From positions 1-64,000 of the forward strand of contig JBBIRS010000004.1 of assembly GCA_037441675.1 (NCBI GenBank): a stretch of 64,000 nt of DNA. The letters run 5' to 3'. This document shows, piece by piece, positions 1 to 9,306 of the stretch. This DNA is from Planctomycetales bacterium. GTDB lineage: Bacteria > 4484-113. Under the pieces are notes generated by a model. The model made no database searches and had not been told where the DNA came from. It worked only from the letters and a program-made list of their open reading frames with translations. Position 1 is the first letter of the stretch, and every line of letters starts with the position of its first letter. The translations under genes were made by a program, and so were the position numbers.

Positions 1-267
1 GCAACCATAAATGTCTTCTTCCGGCGTTCTCGGATATCGCGTGTAATCTTCCGCAGGTCCAAATTGTCTTGGATTGACGAAGATGCTTACAACGCTAATG
101 TCGCATTCTGAAACCATCTGCTGAATCAGGGAGTAGTGCCCTTCGTGGAGGTTTCCCATTGTAGGGACAAATCCGATAATTGGTCTGCGATTGAGCCTGA
201 GATAACTCTCTTTTATCAGCGCTTGCCGTAATTCACGAAATTCTTTTATTGTTTTTGCGACAAACAT
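1..267 (-). CDS. panC: Pantoate--beta-alanine ligase, N-terminal part (runs off the window edge)
   Basis: Manual translation from ATG 267: [15 protein letters not shown]...[18 protein letters not shown]...[27 protein letters not shown], the PanC signature; lies directly after panB. Confidence 0.95.
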   Translation of the reverse strand, partial: MFVAKTIKEFRELRQALIKESYLRLNRRPIIGFVPTMGNLHEGHYSLIQQMVSECDISVVSIFVNPRQFGPAEDYTRYPRTPEEDIYGC

Positions 268-284
268 AAAGTATCAGTTAGTTA

Positions 285-1103
285 CTATTCCACACTAACA
301 TACTCTTCCCTTGCGGGGTATGTGCGCTCACGAACAGAGCCTGCGTAGTCCTTCAGAGCTGAAATTGCGATTCCCCGCAAATCCGCAAATTTGCGCGCGA
401 ACTTTGGATAGTGACCCGCCAGCATTCCAAGAACATCGTGTATAACCATTATTTGACCGTCTGTGTAGGGACCGCTTCCGATGCCAATGACGGGAATTTC
501 CAAAGCCTGAGTAATTTCGCGCGCGGTTTCCGCTTCCACACACTCAAGAATGAGCAAAAATGCGCCAGCTGACTCAAGAGCGTGCGCCTGAGACAAAAGG
601 TGCTTCTTGCCACGCTCCGTCCGTCCCTTAATCTTGTAACCGCCTTCTACGTGGACTGTCTGGGGCAGAAGCCCGATATGACCCATAACAGGAATACCAA
701 GCTCGGTTAGGCGCTGAGTGGCTGAAAGATTCGTTTCATCCGCCCCCTCCATTTTTACTCCACCGCAGAGGGTTTCTTTGAAGATGCGCAGGGCGTTGTG
801 AACAGTCTCATCCGTGGAGACCTTGAACGTGCCAAAGGGCATATCTGAAATTACGAGGGTGCCACGAACCGCACGCATAACTATCTTCGTGTGGTAGATG
901 GTTTCATCAATTGTTACGGGAATAGTTGTCGCATGACCCTGAACCACGTTACCAAGTGAGTCTCCAACGAGAATGAAGTCAACGCCTGCCTCTTCAGCCA
1001 CCTGCGCAGTGAAGAGGTCATAAGCGGTAATGGAAACTATGGGAATGCCTGCTTCCTTCTTCTTTTTCAGTTCATTAATCTTGAATTCAGACATAATTTT
1101 CAC
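285..1103 (-). CDS. panB: 3-methyl-2-oxobutanoate hydroxymethyltransferase
   Basis: TAYD, ILVGDSLG, DMPF, GVKMEG, MGHIGLLPQ, GIGSG and DGQIMV motifs; start may be ATG 1094. Confidence 0.97.
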   Translation of the reverse strand: MKIMSEFKINELKKKKEAGIPIVSITAYDLFTAQVAEEAGVDFILVGDSLGNVVQGHATTIPVTIDETIYHTKIVMRAVRGTLVISDMPFGTFKVSTDETVHNALRIFKETLCGGVKMEGADETNLSATQRLTELGIPVMGHIGLLPQTVHVEGGYKIKGRTERGKKHLLSQAHALESAGAFLLILECVEAETAREITQALEIPVIGIGSGPYTDGQIMVIHDVLGMLAGHYPKFARKFADLRGIAISALKDYAGSVRERTYPAREEYVSVE

Positions 1104-1244
1104 CTGCGATTTGTTCCAAGTATATGTTTTGCGTCAGAAACTCTTCGCCTAAGCTTGCATCACCTCTGTCCACGGCGTGAACGTTTTCCCGCGGGGCGAT
1201 GATGCTCGAAATACGATGCGCCCCATCGGTGACACACGAAAAAC

Positions 1245-1472
1245 TGTAGGGCGGTGGCTTGTACCCCGCCTCTGACGGCGCGATATGAAACCGCGCATTT
1301 CTGCGCAAACACTAATTTTCTCTTGCTTTTCTTGGAGAAAAATGGAACTAGAAGGAGAAAGAGAGGACACTGGTGCCTTAAATACGATACACCAATTAGT
1401 TACATTGGCAAACCTGTAGGGTATAGGCTTGTCCGCAACCATTGACGGCGTGATACAAGTTTGCACCCTACA
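1245..1472. repeat. Cluster of GTAG-type REP-like imperfect palindromes (two inverted pairs)
   Basis: TGTAGGGCGGTGGCTTGTACCCCGCC (1245-1270), TGTAGGGTATAGGCTTGTCCGCAACC (1415-1440) and GGCGTGATACAAGTTTGCACCCTACA (1447-1472); close relatives near 45.0, 55.0 and 60.15 kb. Confidence 0.75.
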
Positions 1473-1520
1473 CGCCACGCGTTTCACCGCGTAATGAAAC
1501 CGCGGCGACCTCTCTTCTTT

Positions 1521-1556
1521 TCCTCCGTCTCGGTCCATAATTGGCTCCAAGCGGTA
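1521..1556 (-). promoter_or_regulatory. pan RNA motif-like leader of the panBC operon
   Basis: Minus strand CCGCTTGGAGCCAATTATGGACCGAGACGG resembles the hairpin I recall upstream of panB in many bacteria; extended -10 TGCTATAAT at 1570-1562 just upstream. Confidence 0.6.
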
Positions 1557-1645
1557 AGATCATTATAGCACTAATTCAGGCTGGATCGCTTTCAAGAGGA
1601 TGCCTTACTCTAAAGTATAATCTTGTTTAATAAAATAGCTAGCGT

Positions 1646-2083
1646 ATGAAAACGAAGGTGCTTTTCATCTGCACGCATAATGCGTTTCGCTCGCAAATGG
1701 CGGAAGGGTTTGCTCGTGCGCTCTTCGGCGATAGAGTCGAAGCACTTAGTGCAGGAATTAACCCCGCAGGATTGAGCGAACTTGCGGTGCAGGTAATGGC
1801 TGAAATGGGAATTGACATCTCAGACCAAAGAAGCAAGTCAATTGATGAGATACTGTCACAACATCCTGCGTCTGAATTTGATTTGGTTGTGACGGTCTGC
1901 TCAAGCGCACGGGAGATGTGCCCTACCCTGCCTGGCGCGAAAAGAGTAATCCATCGGGAGATAAGAGATATGGGCTATGGTGATAAAACCTATGCTAGTC
2001 CGCTTGAGGAGGCAAGAGAGATAAGAGATAATGTGAAGCAAATGGTAATAGAAGTGGTTAGCGAGCTAGTGGGACGTGTATAG
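1646..2083 (+). CDS. arsC: Thioredoxin-type arsenate reductase / LMW-PTP family
   Basis: CTHNAFRSQMAEG P-loop, SAG, and TVC...MCP resolving cysteines. Confidence 0.85.
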   Translation: MKTKVLFICTHNAFRSQMAEGFARALFGDRVEALSAGINPAGLSELAVQVMAEMGIDISDQRSKSIDEILSQHPASEFDLVVTVCSSAREMCPTLPGAKRVIHREIRDMGYGDKTYASPLEEAREIRDNVKQMVIEVVSELVGRV

Positions 2084-2166
2084 CTTGCTAGTCAGTCAAA
2101 CGTGCGACCAACTTACATTTGAAACTGCTTAAGACATCAAATTACTTCAGATGTAGAATAATTGCG

Positions 2167-2889
2167 ATGGAATACATTATTTTCAGCATCTTTCCGGAAT
2201 TAGTGGAGTCTATCTTCAAGTTCGGAATACTACGCCGAGCAGTGGAAATGGGAAAGCTATCTTACCGCATCGTTAATCCTAGAGACTATGCACTAGATAA
2301 GCATAAGAGCGTGGATGACGTAGCCTATGGCGGTAGACCTGGTATGGTGATGAAGCCTGAACCTATCTTTAATGCTTATGAAGCGTTACAAGCGGAGGGC
2401 TCCATTAGGCAAAACAAGCATTTCATCTACCTTTCTCCACGGGGAACTCTACTCACCCATGAGGTTGCTCTACGACTCAGTAAGTTTGACCAGCTTATCC
2501 TACTATGCGGACGCTATGAAGGGGTTGACGAGCGAGTTGTTGAAACACTCGTAGATGAAGAGATATCAATCGGCGATTACGTCCTTTCGGGAGGAGAACC
2601 AGCGGCAATGGTTCTCGTGGATGCAGTCTCTAGACTGATACCTGATGTGGTTGGAAATGAGCGAAGTATTTTGGAAGATTCATTTGCAAACTACCTGCTT
2701 GATCATCCACATTACACAAGACCCGCAGAGTTTCGGGGAATGAAAGTGCCGGAGGTTTTGCTTTCAGGAAATCATCAACAGATAGCTAAATGGAGAAGGC
2801 AAAAGGCTGAGGAGGTAACAGCAGTGAGAAGACAAGATTTGTGGGAGAAGTATCTTCAGAAGCTCGTAAATGACTTGAAAAATTCTTGA
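2167..2889 (+). CDS. trmD: tRNA (guanine-N1)-methyltransferase
   Basis: VDDVAYGGRPGMV, YLSPRG, CGRYEGVDERV, SIGDYVLSGGE, PHYTRP; start set at ATG 2167. Confidence 0.97.
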   Translation: MEYIIFSIFPELVESIFKFGILRRAVEMGKLSYRIVNPRDYALDKHKSVDDVAYGGRPGMVMKPEPIFNAYEALQAEGSIRQNKHFIYLSPRGTLLTHEVALRLSKFDQLILLCGRYEGVDERVVETLVDEEISIGDYVLSGGEPAAMVLVDAVSRLIPDVVGNERSILEDSFANYLLDHPHYTRPAEFRGMKVPEVLLSGNHQQIAKWRRQKAEEVTAVRRQDLWEKYLQKLVNDLKNS

Positions 2890-3232
2890 GTTAAATTAGC
2901 GGAAATTTTAGTGATCAATAAAGTGCGCTGTCCCCCTTACACTTTTATTTTTGAATTCACATAAATCAACATACTTAAAGAAGAAAGCACAAACGTGCAA
3001 CTCTTTATCGCCAAACTGTTCCTCCATGTCAAGAAATTACTAATGGAAGAGTGTGGAAACTGCGGGCTTCAGATATTGTTTGCAACATTTCAACACTTAA
3101 AATAATGTTTAATTGAGAACCTCACGATACGGCTATCTAAAAAGATAAGTCGATACCACCACTGATGTAATTCCGCAGAGTGAAACACATTGAGGGAGCG
3201 GGCTATGCAGGTTGATAAATAATGCTATACCT

Positions 3233-3832
3233 CTACAACGTCTCCAAGGACTGAAGAAATTCAATATAGCTTGCAGGTAATCTTCTTTCTTTAGCGCCAA
3301 CAATAATAGAGTTCAACATTTCCACGCTGGGTTTACTGGGCTTTTCGTCTGGTACTGAAACAACATAACACATGGCGGGATACCTTAGTCCACCCCTATC
3401 CATCACCCAAATGTTCCTCATATGGTAACGATTGGGCGCGCCTTTGTAACGGTTGAGTTTACTCAAATCTTGGTTGGAAATATCAATGGTTATTCCCCAT
3501 ACCTCACCCTCTGAGTTTTCGGTCCGCTCAATACTAGGCAGACCAGAGTTTATTGGTGGGAAGAACTTTGGGAAATTAAGCCGCCACCTAGTTGCCCGAA
3601 CCCTCATTTCCATATGTGGTTTATCTAAGTATCTCTTGAGGATAGTGGTATAAAGGAGCTCGTCATAAATAAAAAGTCGCTTCTTAGATGTTGAAGAAGG
3701 CATTATGCTTTCTTCCTCATGCTCACGCGCTTCTGCGTCCGATTTGATTATCTGCTCCAAGATTTCCTCGGGCTTTATTTCCGTTGATACCGATTCCTCA
3801 GTTGTTTCTCTTTCCTCTTCCAATAAACTCAC
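3233..3832 (-). CDS. Gamma-glutamylcyclotransferase (GGCT/AIG2)-fold protein with degenerate active site and acidic N-terminal extension
   Basis: GEVWG, LNRYKGAPNRY, PS..ML..IIVGAKERRLPASYIEFL match the GGCT pattern; YGSN is replaced by YDEL. Confidence 0.7.
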   Translation of the reverse strand: MSLLEEERETTEESVSTEIKPEEILEQIIKSDAEAREHEEESIMPSSTSKKRLFIYDELLYTTILKRYLDKPHMEMRVRATRWRLNFPKFFPPINSGLPSIERTENSEGEVWGITIDISNQDLSKLNRYKGAPNRYHMRNIWVMDRGGLRYPAMCYVVSVPDEKPSKPSVEMLNSIIVGAKERRLPASYIEFLQSLETL

Positions 3833-3833
3833 C

Positions 3834-4631
3834 TTATTTGCCCTTAATGTTCTCGTAAAACTTTACCATAATGTTAAATGAAGAATTATTAAAATTAATG
3901 TATGCAATGTCCTTTTCTTGAAATTTGCCATCAGAGATGAGATTAAAACTTGCGATTCCCCCCTCACTTACTTCAACAGGAAAGCTAAAGGTTTTCGCAA
4001 TTTTTTTTAGCTTAGGAAAAAGGGGATGTTTCTTCGTGAGAGGAAACATTGCAATTTCTTCGCCAGATACGAGATGGGTTCTGACGTTCCATTTATTAGC
4101 AAACCGCAAGACAAATGGAGTTCTATTCTCTATGCGGATAAGCATTAGAGTGTAATTGGAATAGGCTGGATTCTTTAGAAGCATTCTAGTTACATTTATC
4201 GCAAGTGAACCATCCTTAGAAAAGCCATAACGGGTAAGAGCCTCCTCTTCAGTGGAAAGCAAATTTTCAAGATGGGTTCTAGCTTGCGGGATTTTTGCAA
4301 CTTCCAGTAACCATGTAAACTCCTCCACAAGAGCCTCCACTACGGCATGGCGGTCAATTCCTTCAAGATTCTCATTCTCAAGTCTTTTCATCCATCGGCG
4401 CGCTGAGGAAAGGGATAAGTGTAAGTATGATGAGGATAGTTCTTCAACACTGAAAGGAGCGGAAAGCTCCTCGCCTCTAACCTCAGGAGTAATTAATGTG
4501 ATGACGAGTAAAACTGAAGTTATGATTAAGAGCGAAACTAATATTTTACACGCTAAGTTACACGTGCCACGATGGGTTATGGTATGAGAGCCCGAACTGT
4601 TCAGCTTATTCAGTCCCACCCTGGCTAACAT
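3834..4631 (-). CDS. Hypothetical membrane-anchored or secreted protein downstream of dnaA
   Basis: 265-aa ORF tightly spaced between dnaA and the GGCT-like gene; hydrophobic N-terminal segment. Confidence 0.65.
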   Translation of the reverse strand: MLARVGLNKLNSSGSHTITHRGTCNLACKILVSLLIITSVLLVITLITPEVRGEELSAPFSVEELSSSYLHLSLSSARRWMKRLENENLEGIDRHAVVEALVEEFTWLLEVAKIPQARTHLENLLSTEEEALTRYGFSKDGSLAINVTRMLLKNPAYSNYTLMLIRIENRTPFVLRFANKWNVRTHLVSGEEIAMFPLTKKHPLFPKLKKIAKTFSFPVEVSEGGIASFNLISDGKFQEKDIAYINFNNSSFNIMVKFYENIKGK

Positions 4632-4635
4632 GGTG

Positions 4636-5991
4636 CTAGCCTAACTTCCTGATAATCATCTGGTATAGTTGCTTAAAATAAGGGTCTTCATCCAAAAGAA
4701 TTGCACTTTTCATAATGCCGTGACTAACAGTGGAATGGTCCCTTGCGCCCAGCTCCTCTCCAATTTGTGCCAGAGTCAAGTTTGTCTGCTCCCTCGCTAT
4801 ATACATCGCTAACATCCTTGCCTCAGCTACCTTTTTTCGCCTATCTTTACTTAGAAGGACATTTTTAGGCACACGGAATACTTCGCAGATCGCTGTAATA
4901 ATCTCCTCCATTGTAAGAAGACGTTTCCCCTTAGTAACTGATAGCATATCCGCTAGTACTTTTCGTGCGACTTCCAGAGTACATTTGGCGCCCGAGAAAT
5001 TACAGAACGCGAGAACCCGAATTAAAGCCCCTTCTAAATGTCTTATGTTAGTGGTGACATTTTCAGCAATAAAGGTTAGGACATCCTCAGGAAGCGTTAC
5101 ACTTTCAAGCTCAGCTTTCTTTTGAAGAATTGCAATCCTAGTTTCAATTCCGGGAGAGCCTATGTCCACTATGAGACCGCTGGCAAAACGAGAAACTAAC
5201 CTTGATTCTATTCCCTTAAGATCATAAGGTGGAGCATCACTTGTGATGACAATCTGCTTCCCACTGTCAACTGAGCTCATAAAAGTGTGGAAAAATTCCA
5301 TTTGTGTTTCGGTCTTCCCGGCTATGAATTGGATATCATCTATTAAAAGCAAATCACACTGGCGATACCTCAGACGGAACTCGTTCATTTTACCCGCACG
5401 AACTTTCTCTATGAAATCAGCGGTAAATTTTTCACTGGTCAAATACACAACCGACATCTCGGGATTTATAGAAAGAACATGATGGCCAATAGCATGGAGT
5501 AGATGAGTCTTGCCGAGGCCCACATCAGCGTAGATGAAAAGTGGATTATACGCCGAACCCGGATTTTCCGCCACCGCTCTTGAGGCAGCGTAACTAAACT
5601 GATTAGAATCTCCCACGACAAAATTCTCAAATGTGAAGCGAGGGTTTAGCAAAGGTCGGGGTTTCTTGATTGCTTTCACCTCGGAAAGTGGCACCGCGGA
5701 AGACGAAACTTCCTCGCCTGCGGATTTTAACTCTGTTGAAGGAGCTACCTTTATCTCAACCTCGCAGGGTTCACCTAGAACTAGCTGAAAGGCTCGTATT
5801 AACTCCTGCAAGAACTCTTCTTGAAGCCATTGCGCCTGCTTCTGGCCAGCCACTAAAATCACAACCTTCCCACTTTCTACCGACTCTACTTGAATTGGTT
5901 CAACGATCAGCTCATACTTAGGGCTTGGTATGACTGATTTCAGCCTTTCCTTTACCTGTTTCAGTATCTCTGTAATTAAAACCAGTGTCAT
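4636..5991 (-). CDS. dnaA: Chromosomal replication initiator DnaA
   Basis: FTFENFVVG, YNPLFIY, GLGKTHL, LLIDDIQF, SRFASGL and RDHSTV motifs. Confidence 0.98.
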   Translation of the reverse strand: MTLVLITEILKQVKERLKSVIPSPKYELIVEPIQVESVESGKVVILVAGQKQAQWLQEEFLQELIRAFQLVLGEPCEVEIKVAPSTELKSAGEEVSSSAVPLSEVKAIKKPRPLLNPRFTFENFVVGDSNQFSYAASRAVAENPGSAYNPLFIYADVGLGKTHLLHAIGHHVLSINPEMSVVYLTSEKFTADFIEKVRAGKMNEFRLRYRQCDLLLIDDIQFIAGKTETQMEFFHTFMSSVDSGKQIVITSDAPPYDLKGIESRLVSRFASGLIVDIGSPGIETRIAILQKKAELESVTLPEDVLTFIAENVTTNIRHLEGALIRVLAFCNFSGAKCTLEVARKVLADMLSVTKGKRLLTMEEIITAICEVFRVPKNVLLSKDRRKKVAEARMLAMYIAREQTNLTLAQIGEELGARDHSTVSHGIMKSAILLDEDPYFKQLYQMIIRKLG

Positions 5992-6004
5992 TAATTGGTT
6001 ACCA

Positions 6005-6400
6005 AAGGTGATTTATCAACAATTTTCAAAGATTATCAACCAAAAAAGCCTAAAATTATGCGTCTAACTCAATTAATCATGGTAAATAACCTCAACCAAT
6101 CCCGCTGGTAAATATTATGCCACAAAGTATCAACAAACATCGACATAATTATCCACAAACTCTCAACAAAAATTTCTCTTTCCGATTAATCTCTTCGTAA
6201 GTAAATAATACTCGCTCAGTGAATTAGAATGCAAGAGCTTTGCAACCATTTAGCACGAAAATCTTGTAAATTTTACCAAAATTCTTACTGGCATAAATGA
6301 GAACCAACTGAACAACCTAGCGCTTGTGAATTCACACAGAGCATAGCCTCTCAGAATATAAAAATCCCACATACACGTTTATCCAACCTTGAAATATCAA
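6005..6400. other. Candidate oriC / dnaA promoter region with clustered DnaA boxes
   Basis: AT-rich non-coding stretch with a perfect TTATCCACA (6149-6157) and near-boxes at 6013, 6033, 6116, 6127, 6137, 6160 and 6379. Confidence 0.7.
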
Positions 6401-6415
6401 GTTAACCTTGTTTTC

Positions 6416-7372
6416 TTAGGATGAGAGTTTCTTTCTCCACCAGTTAAGTAGGTCACTTAAGGTTTGCTTGAACTCTATCAACGGTTTCCATCCGACCTCT
6501 TTAACAACCTTGCTGTTATCCCCTTCCAGTATGTTAACGTCACTAGGACGAAGTCTCTCTTGGTCAACTTTAACTTCAACTTTGACGCCTGAAAGTTCAA
6601 GAAGAAGGTCAAGAACTTGTTGAACAGTGTAAGATTTCCCGGAACAGACGTTATATACTTCCCCTGCCCGTCCTTTATTCAGAGCGAGGCAATAGGCACG
6701 CACGGTATCTCTGACATCAGTAAAATCCCGCCTTGCAGAAAGATTCCCCACGAGAACCACAGGCTCACGCTTTTTTAGCTCTACTTCCACAATCTGTTTT
6801 GCCAAATTTGATGTAACGTAGACTTCCCCCCTTCTCGGGCCAGTGTGGTTAAAGGCTCGCGTTCGGACAATGAACATCTTGTAGCTTTTGAAGTACTGGT
6901 ATCCCAAGAGGTCTTGAGCAACTTTACTTACACCATAGGGACTAACTGGCCTGAGTGGTGAATCTTCCTTTATAGGAAGCTCGTCCTCATTAACAATCCC
7001 ATACTCCTCGCTACTACAAGCGATATGGATTCTACATTCGAGCCCAAGTTGCCTAACCGCATCAAATACATTCAATTGAGAGCCCAAATTATTAAAGAGG
7101 GTGTAAGCGGGATACTTCCAGCTAGCAGGAACGTAGCTTTGCGCAGCAAGGTGGAAGATTTGGTCTGGCTTTACTCTGCTTAGGGTATCACGAACCGCGC
7201 TGAGGTCTGTTAGCTCACAGTCAAGAAGGGTAACTTTACCCAGAATATCTCGAATGTTTTCAAGGTTTGAGCGAAGTCTAACAGTTCCAAAAACCTGCAA
7301 ACCTTCTGAAAGTAGTAATTCCGCCAAATGACTACCTGCAAACCCTGTTATTCCAGTAATCAGTGCCCTCAT
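6416..7372 (-). CDS. GDP-mannose 4,6-dehydratase / GDP-4-keto-6-deoxymannose reductase family SDR
   Basis: GITGFAG, HLAAQS, SSEEYG, YGVSK, FNHTGPRR and RDFTDVRD motifs. Confidence 0.9.
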   Translation of the reverse strand: MRALITGITGFAGSHLAELLLSEGLQVFGTVRLRSNLENIRDILGKVTLLDCELTDLSAVRDTLSRVKPDQIFHLAAQSYVPASWKYPAYTLFNNLGSQLNVFDAVRQLGLECRIHIACSSEEYGIVNEDELPIKEDSPLRPVSPYGVSKVAQDLLGYQYFKSYKMFIVRTRAFNHTGPRRGEVYVTSNLAKQIVEVELKKREPVVLVGNLSARRDFTDVRDTVRAYCLALNKGRAGEVYNVCSGKSYTVQQVLDLLLELSGVKVEVKVDQERLRPSDVNILEGDNSKVVKEVGWKPLIEFKQTLSDLLNWWRKKLSS

Positions 7373-7812
7373 CCTTCACTTTCCACGAAGTAGTATAAGT
7401 TAACTGTTTCAATCGGGAAACCCCTTGCAAACCATACGCCGTTTTTACCACCCCGAATTGTTAGAGCTAACCTTGAACCGGTTGGCCATTCCTTCATCGG
7501 TGAAACCACTAAAGTATACCCGTTATCTTCTAGATCTACCAGAATTTCTACGACCTCTCCATCAGCGAAGACTGTTACGTTTCCGATTATGGTAGAACCA
7601 TCAAGTCTGCTCAAAAAGCTAACCTTGATAGGATCTTCCTTACTAATTTTCGAGCCAATCTTTACACTTGAAAAAGCGGTGCTAGGAAGCCCAACTGAAA
7701 CTCCTCCGCAAGAAACCAGTAATATCAAGGGGAGAAAAGCGATGAGCATTTTTGAGTTTTTTAATTTCCTTAGGGACAAGCGTTTATTCCTCCTGCTGTA
7801 AAAATTATACAA
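7369..7812 (-). CDS. Hypothetical lipoprotein (possibly Ig-like)
   Basis: Lipobox LVSC-GG; stop overlaps the next gene's start (ATGA); true start probably later than the ORF-track start. Confidence 0.65.
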   Translation of the reverse strand: MYNFYSRRNKRLSLRKLKNSKMLIAFLPLILLVSCGGVSVGLPSTAFSSVKIGSKISKEDPIKVSFLSRLDGSTIIGNVTVFADGEVVEILVDLEDNGYTLVVSPMKEWPTGSRLALTIRGGKNGVWFARGFPIETVNLYYFVESEG

Positions 7813-7883
7813 GAGATTTAATTAAATGAATCTGGAAATGAGAGGAATTTTGTGGTAATTCTCTGATAAAATTCTAATTTCGT

Positions 7884-8462
7884 ATGGCGCGAAACCGTTA
7901 TTTCACTATCTACACCATCGGACATAGCGGATTAACGCTGGAGGAATTCATTCGCCGTATAGAAGCAAGAAACATAAGGCTAGTGATGGACGTTCGCAAT
8001 TTTCCATACTCTTCGCAGGCGGAATGGTTCAACCGCGACCGTTTGGAAACCGCACTGAGAAAGCGTTCAATTGAGTATGTTTACCTTGGTAGTTATCTCG
8101 GTGCGCTTACCGAGGATGGGAAGTTTGACTATGTGCATAGAGAGAAAGACCCAAGATATAGAGAGGGCATAAAAATATTACTTGAATATGCGCAGAACTA
8201 TTGCGTTGCCATTGTTAGCTCAGAAGCTGACTGGAGGATTTCTCACAGACATCAGTTAATCGCCCAAACATTGTTAAAACTATCTGTCGGAGTTGTGCAT
8301 ATAACTGAAGCTGATGGCGAGGAAATCGCTCAACCCGACCTTTTTCACACGATTTTAGATGACGGTATGCTCTTTTCTGGGCTGGATGCTTCGCTTTTAG
8401 AACTTCCGCAATCTGATGTGTGGCGCAAGGAGAATGAAAATGAAGGAGAAAGCCTACGCTGA
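7884..8462 (+). CDS. DUF488 family protein
   Basis: IYTIGHS, DVRNFPYS, FNRDRL, YVYLG..LG and HRQLIA motifs. Confidence 0.85.
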   Translation: MARNRYFTIYTIGHSGLTLEEFIRRIEARNIRLVMDVRNFPYSSQAEWFNRDRLETALRKRSIEYVYLGSYLGALTEDGKFDYVHREKDPRYREGIKILLEYAQNYCVAIVSSEADWRISHRHQLIAQTLLKLSVGVVHITEADGEEIAQPDLFHTILDDGMLFSGLDASLLELPQSDVWRKENENEGESLR

Positions 8463-9246
8463 AATTGGGATATTTGGTGGTAGTGGGTTTTATCAGTTTG
8501 CTACTGGAACAGAAGAAGTAGAAGTGGAAACCCCATACGGTCTGCCGAGTGCGAGAATAGCGCTTAGTGAAATAAATGGACGAAGGGTCTGCTTTCTGCC
8601 TCGTCACGGGATGAAACATGAATTTCCTCCTCATAAAATAAACTATCGCGCCAACATTTGGGCGCTGAAGAGTCTCGGCGTGAAGAGGATAATCAGTCCT
8701 TGCGCTGCAGGCTCTCTTCAGCCACATGTGAAACCTGGTGACATTGTTATTTGCGATCAGCTGGTGGATAGGACTAGCGGGAGAATTTCTACTTTTTATG
8801 ATGGCCCAGAGACAACTCACATCTCCTTTGCGGATCCCTACTGTCCAGAGTTAAGGCAGGTCGCTATTAACAAGGCAAAGGAGCTAGGCATACCAGTTCA
8901 CGAACGGGGAACCGTGGTAGTCATTGAGGGTCCGAGATTCTCAACAAGGGCTGAGAGCAAGTGGTTTTCCGGGCACGGCTGGGAAGTGATAAATATGACA
9001 CAGTATCCGGAGGCAGTGTTGGCGCGGGAGTTTGAAATTTGCTTTGTGAATATCAGCTTGATAACGGATTGGGACGTTGGGCTTGAAGGACATCCCGAGG
9101 TTAAAGCGGTCGCTCACGAGGAGGTAATTAGAGTCTTTAATGAGAATAACGAGAAATTAAAGAAGCTCTTATATGAGATGATCCCCGCCATCCCCCAAAT
9201 CGCTACCTGCCCCTGCCAAAGAGCCCTGCAAGGCGCAAGGTTTTAG
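8434..9246 (+). CDS. mtnP: S-methyl-5'-thioadenosine phosphorylase
   Basis: GIFGGSG, TPYG.PS, FLPRHG, NYRANIWAL, EGPRFSTRAES, INMT..PE and TDWD motifs. Confidence 0.93.
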   Translation: MKMKEKAYAEIGIFGGSGFYQFATGTEEVEVETPYGLPSARIALSEINGRRVCFLPRHGMKHEFPPHKINYRANIWALKSLGVKRIISPCAAGSLQPHVKPGDIVICDQLVDRTSGRISTFYDGPETTHISFADPYCPELRQVAINKAKELGIPVHERGTVVVIEGPRFSTRAESKWFSGHGWEVINMTQYPEAVLAREFEICFVNISLITDWDVGLEGHPEVKAVAHEEVIRVFNENNEKLKKLLYEMIPAIPQIATCPCQRALQGARF

Positions 9247-9306
9247 GGTTTAGTGTTTGATTGCCAAGGTGGGGGTTGTTAAGCAGCACCAGGACCCAGG
9301 TGGTAC

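Noticed and set aside
1245..1472. CRISPR array
   Set aside because: Units are degenerate, inverted and dispersed, without regular spacers or cas genes; they fit REPs better
1087..1550. ORFs 1087-1308, 1149-1550 and 1254-1445 as genes
   Set aside because: They overlie REP-like palindromes and the pan leader, and have no recognisable protein features
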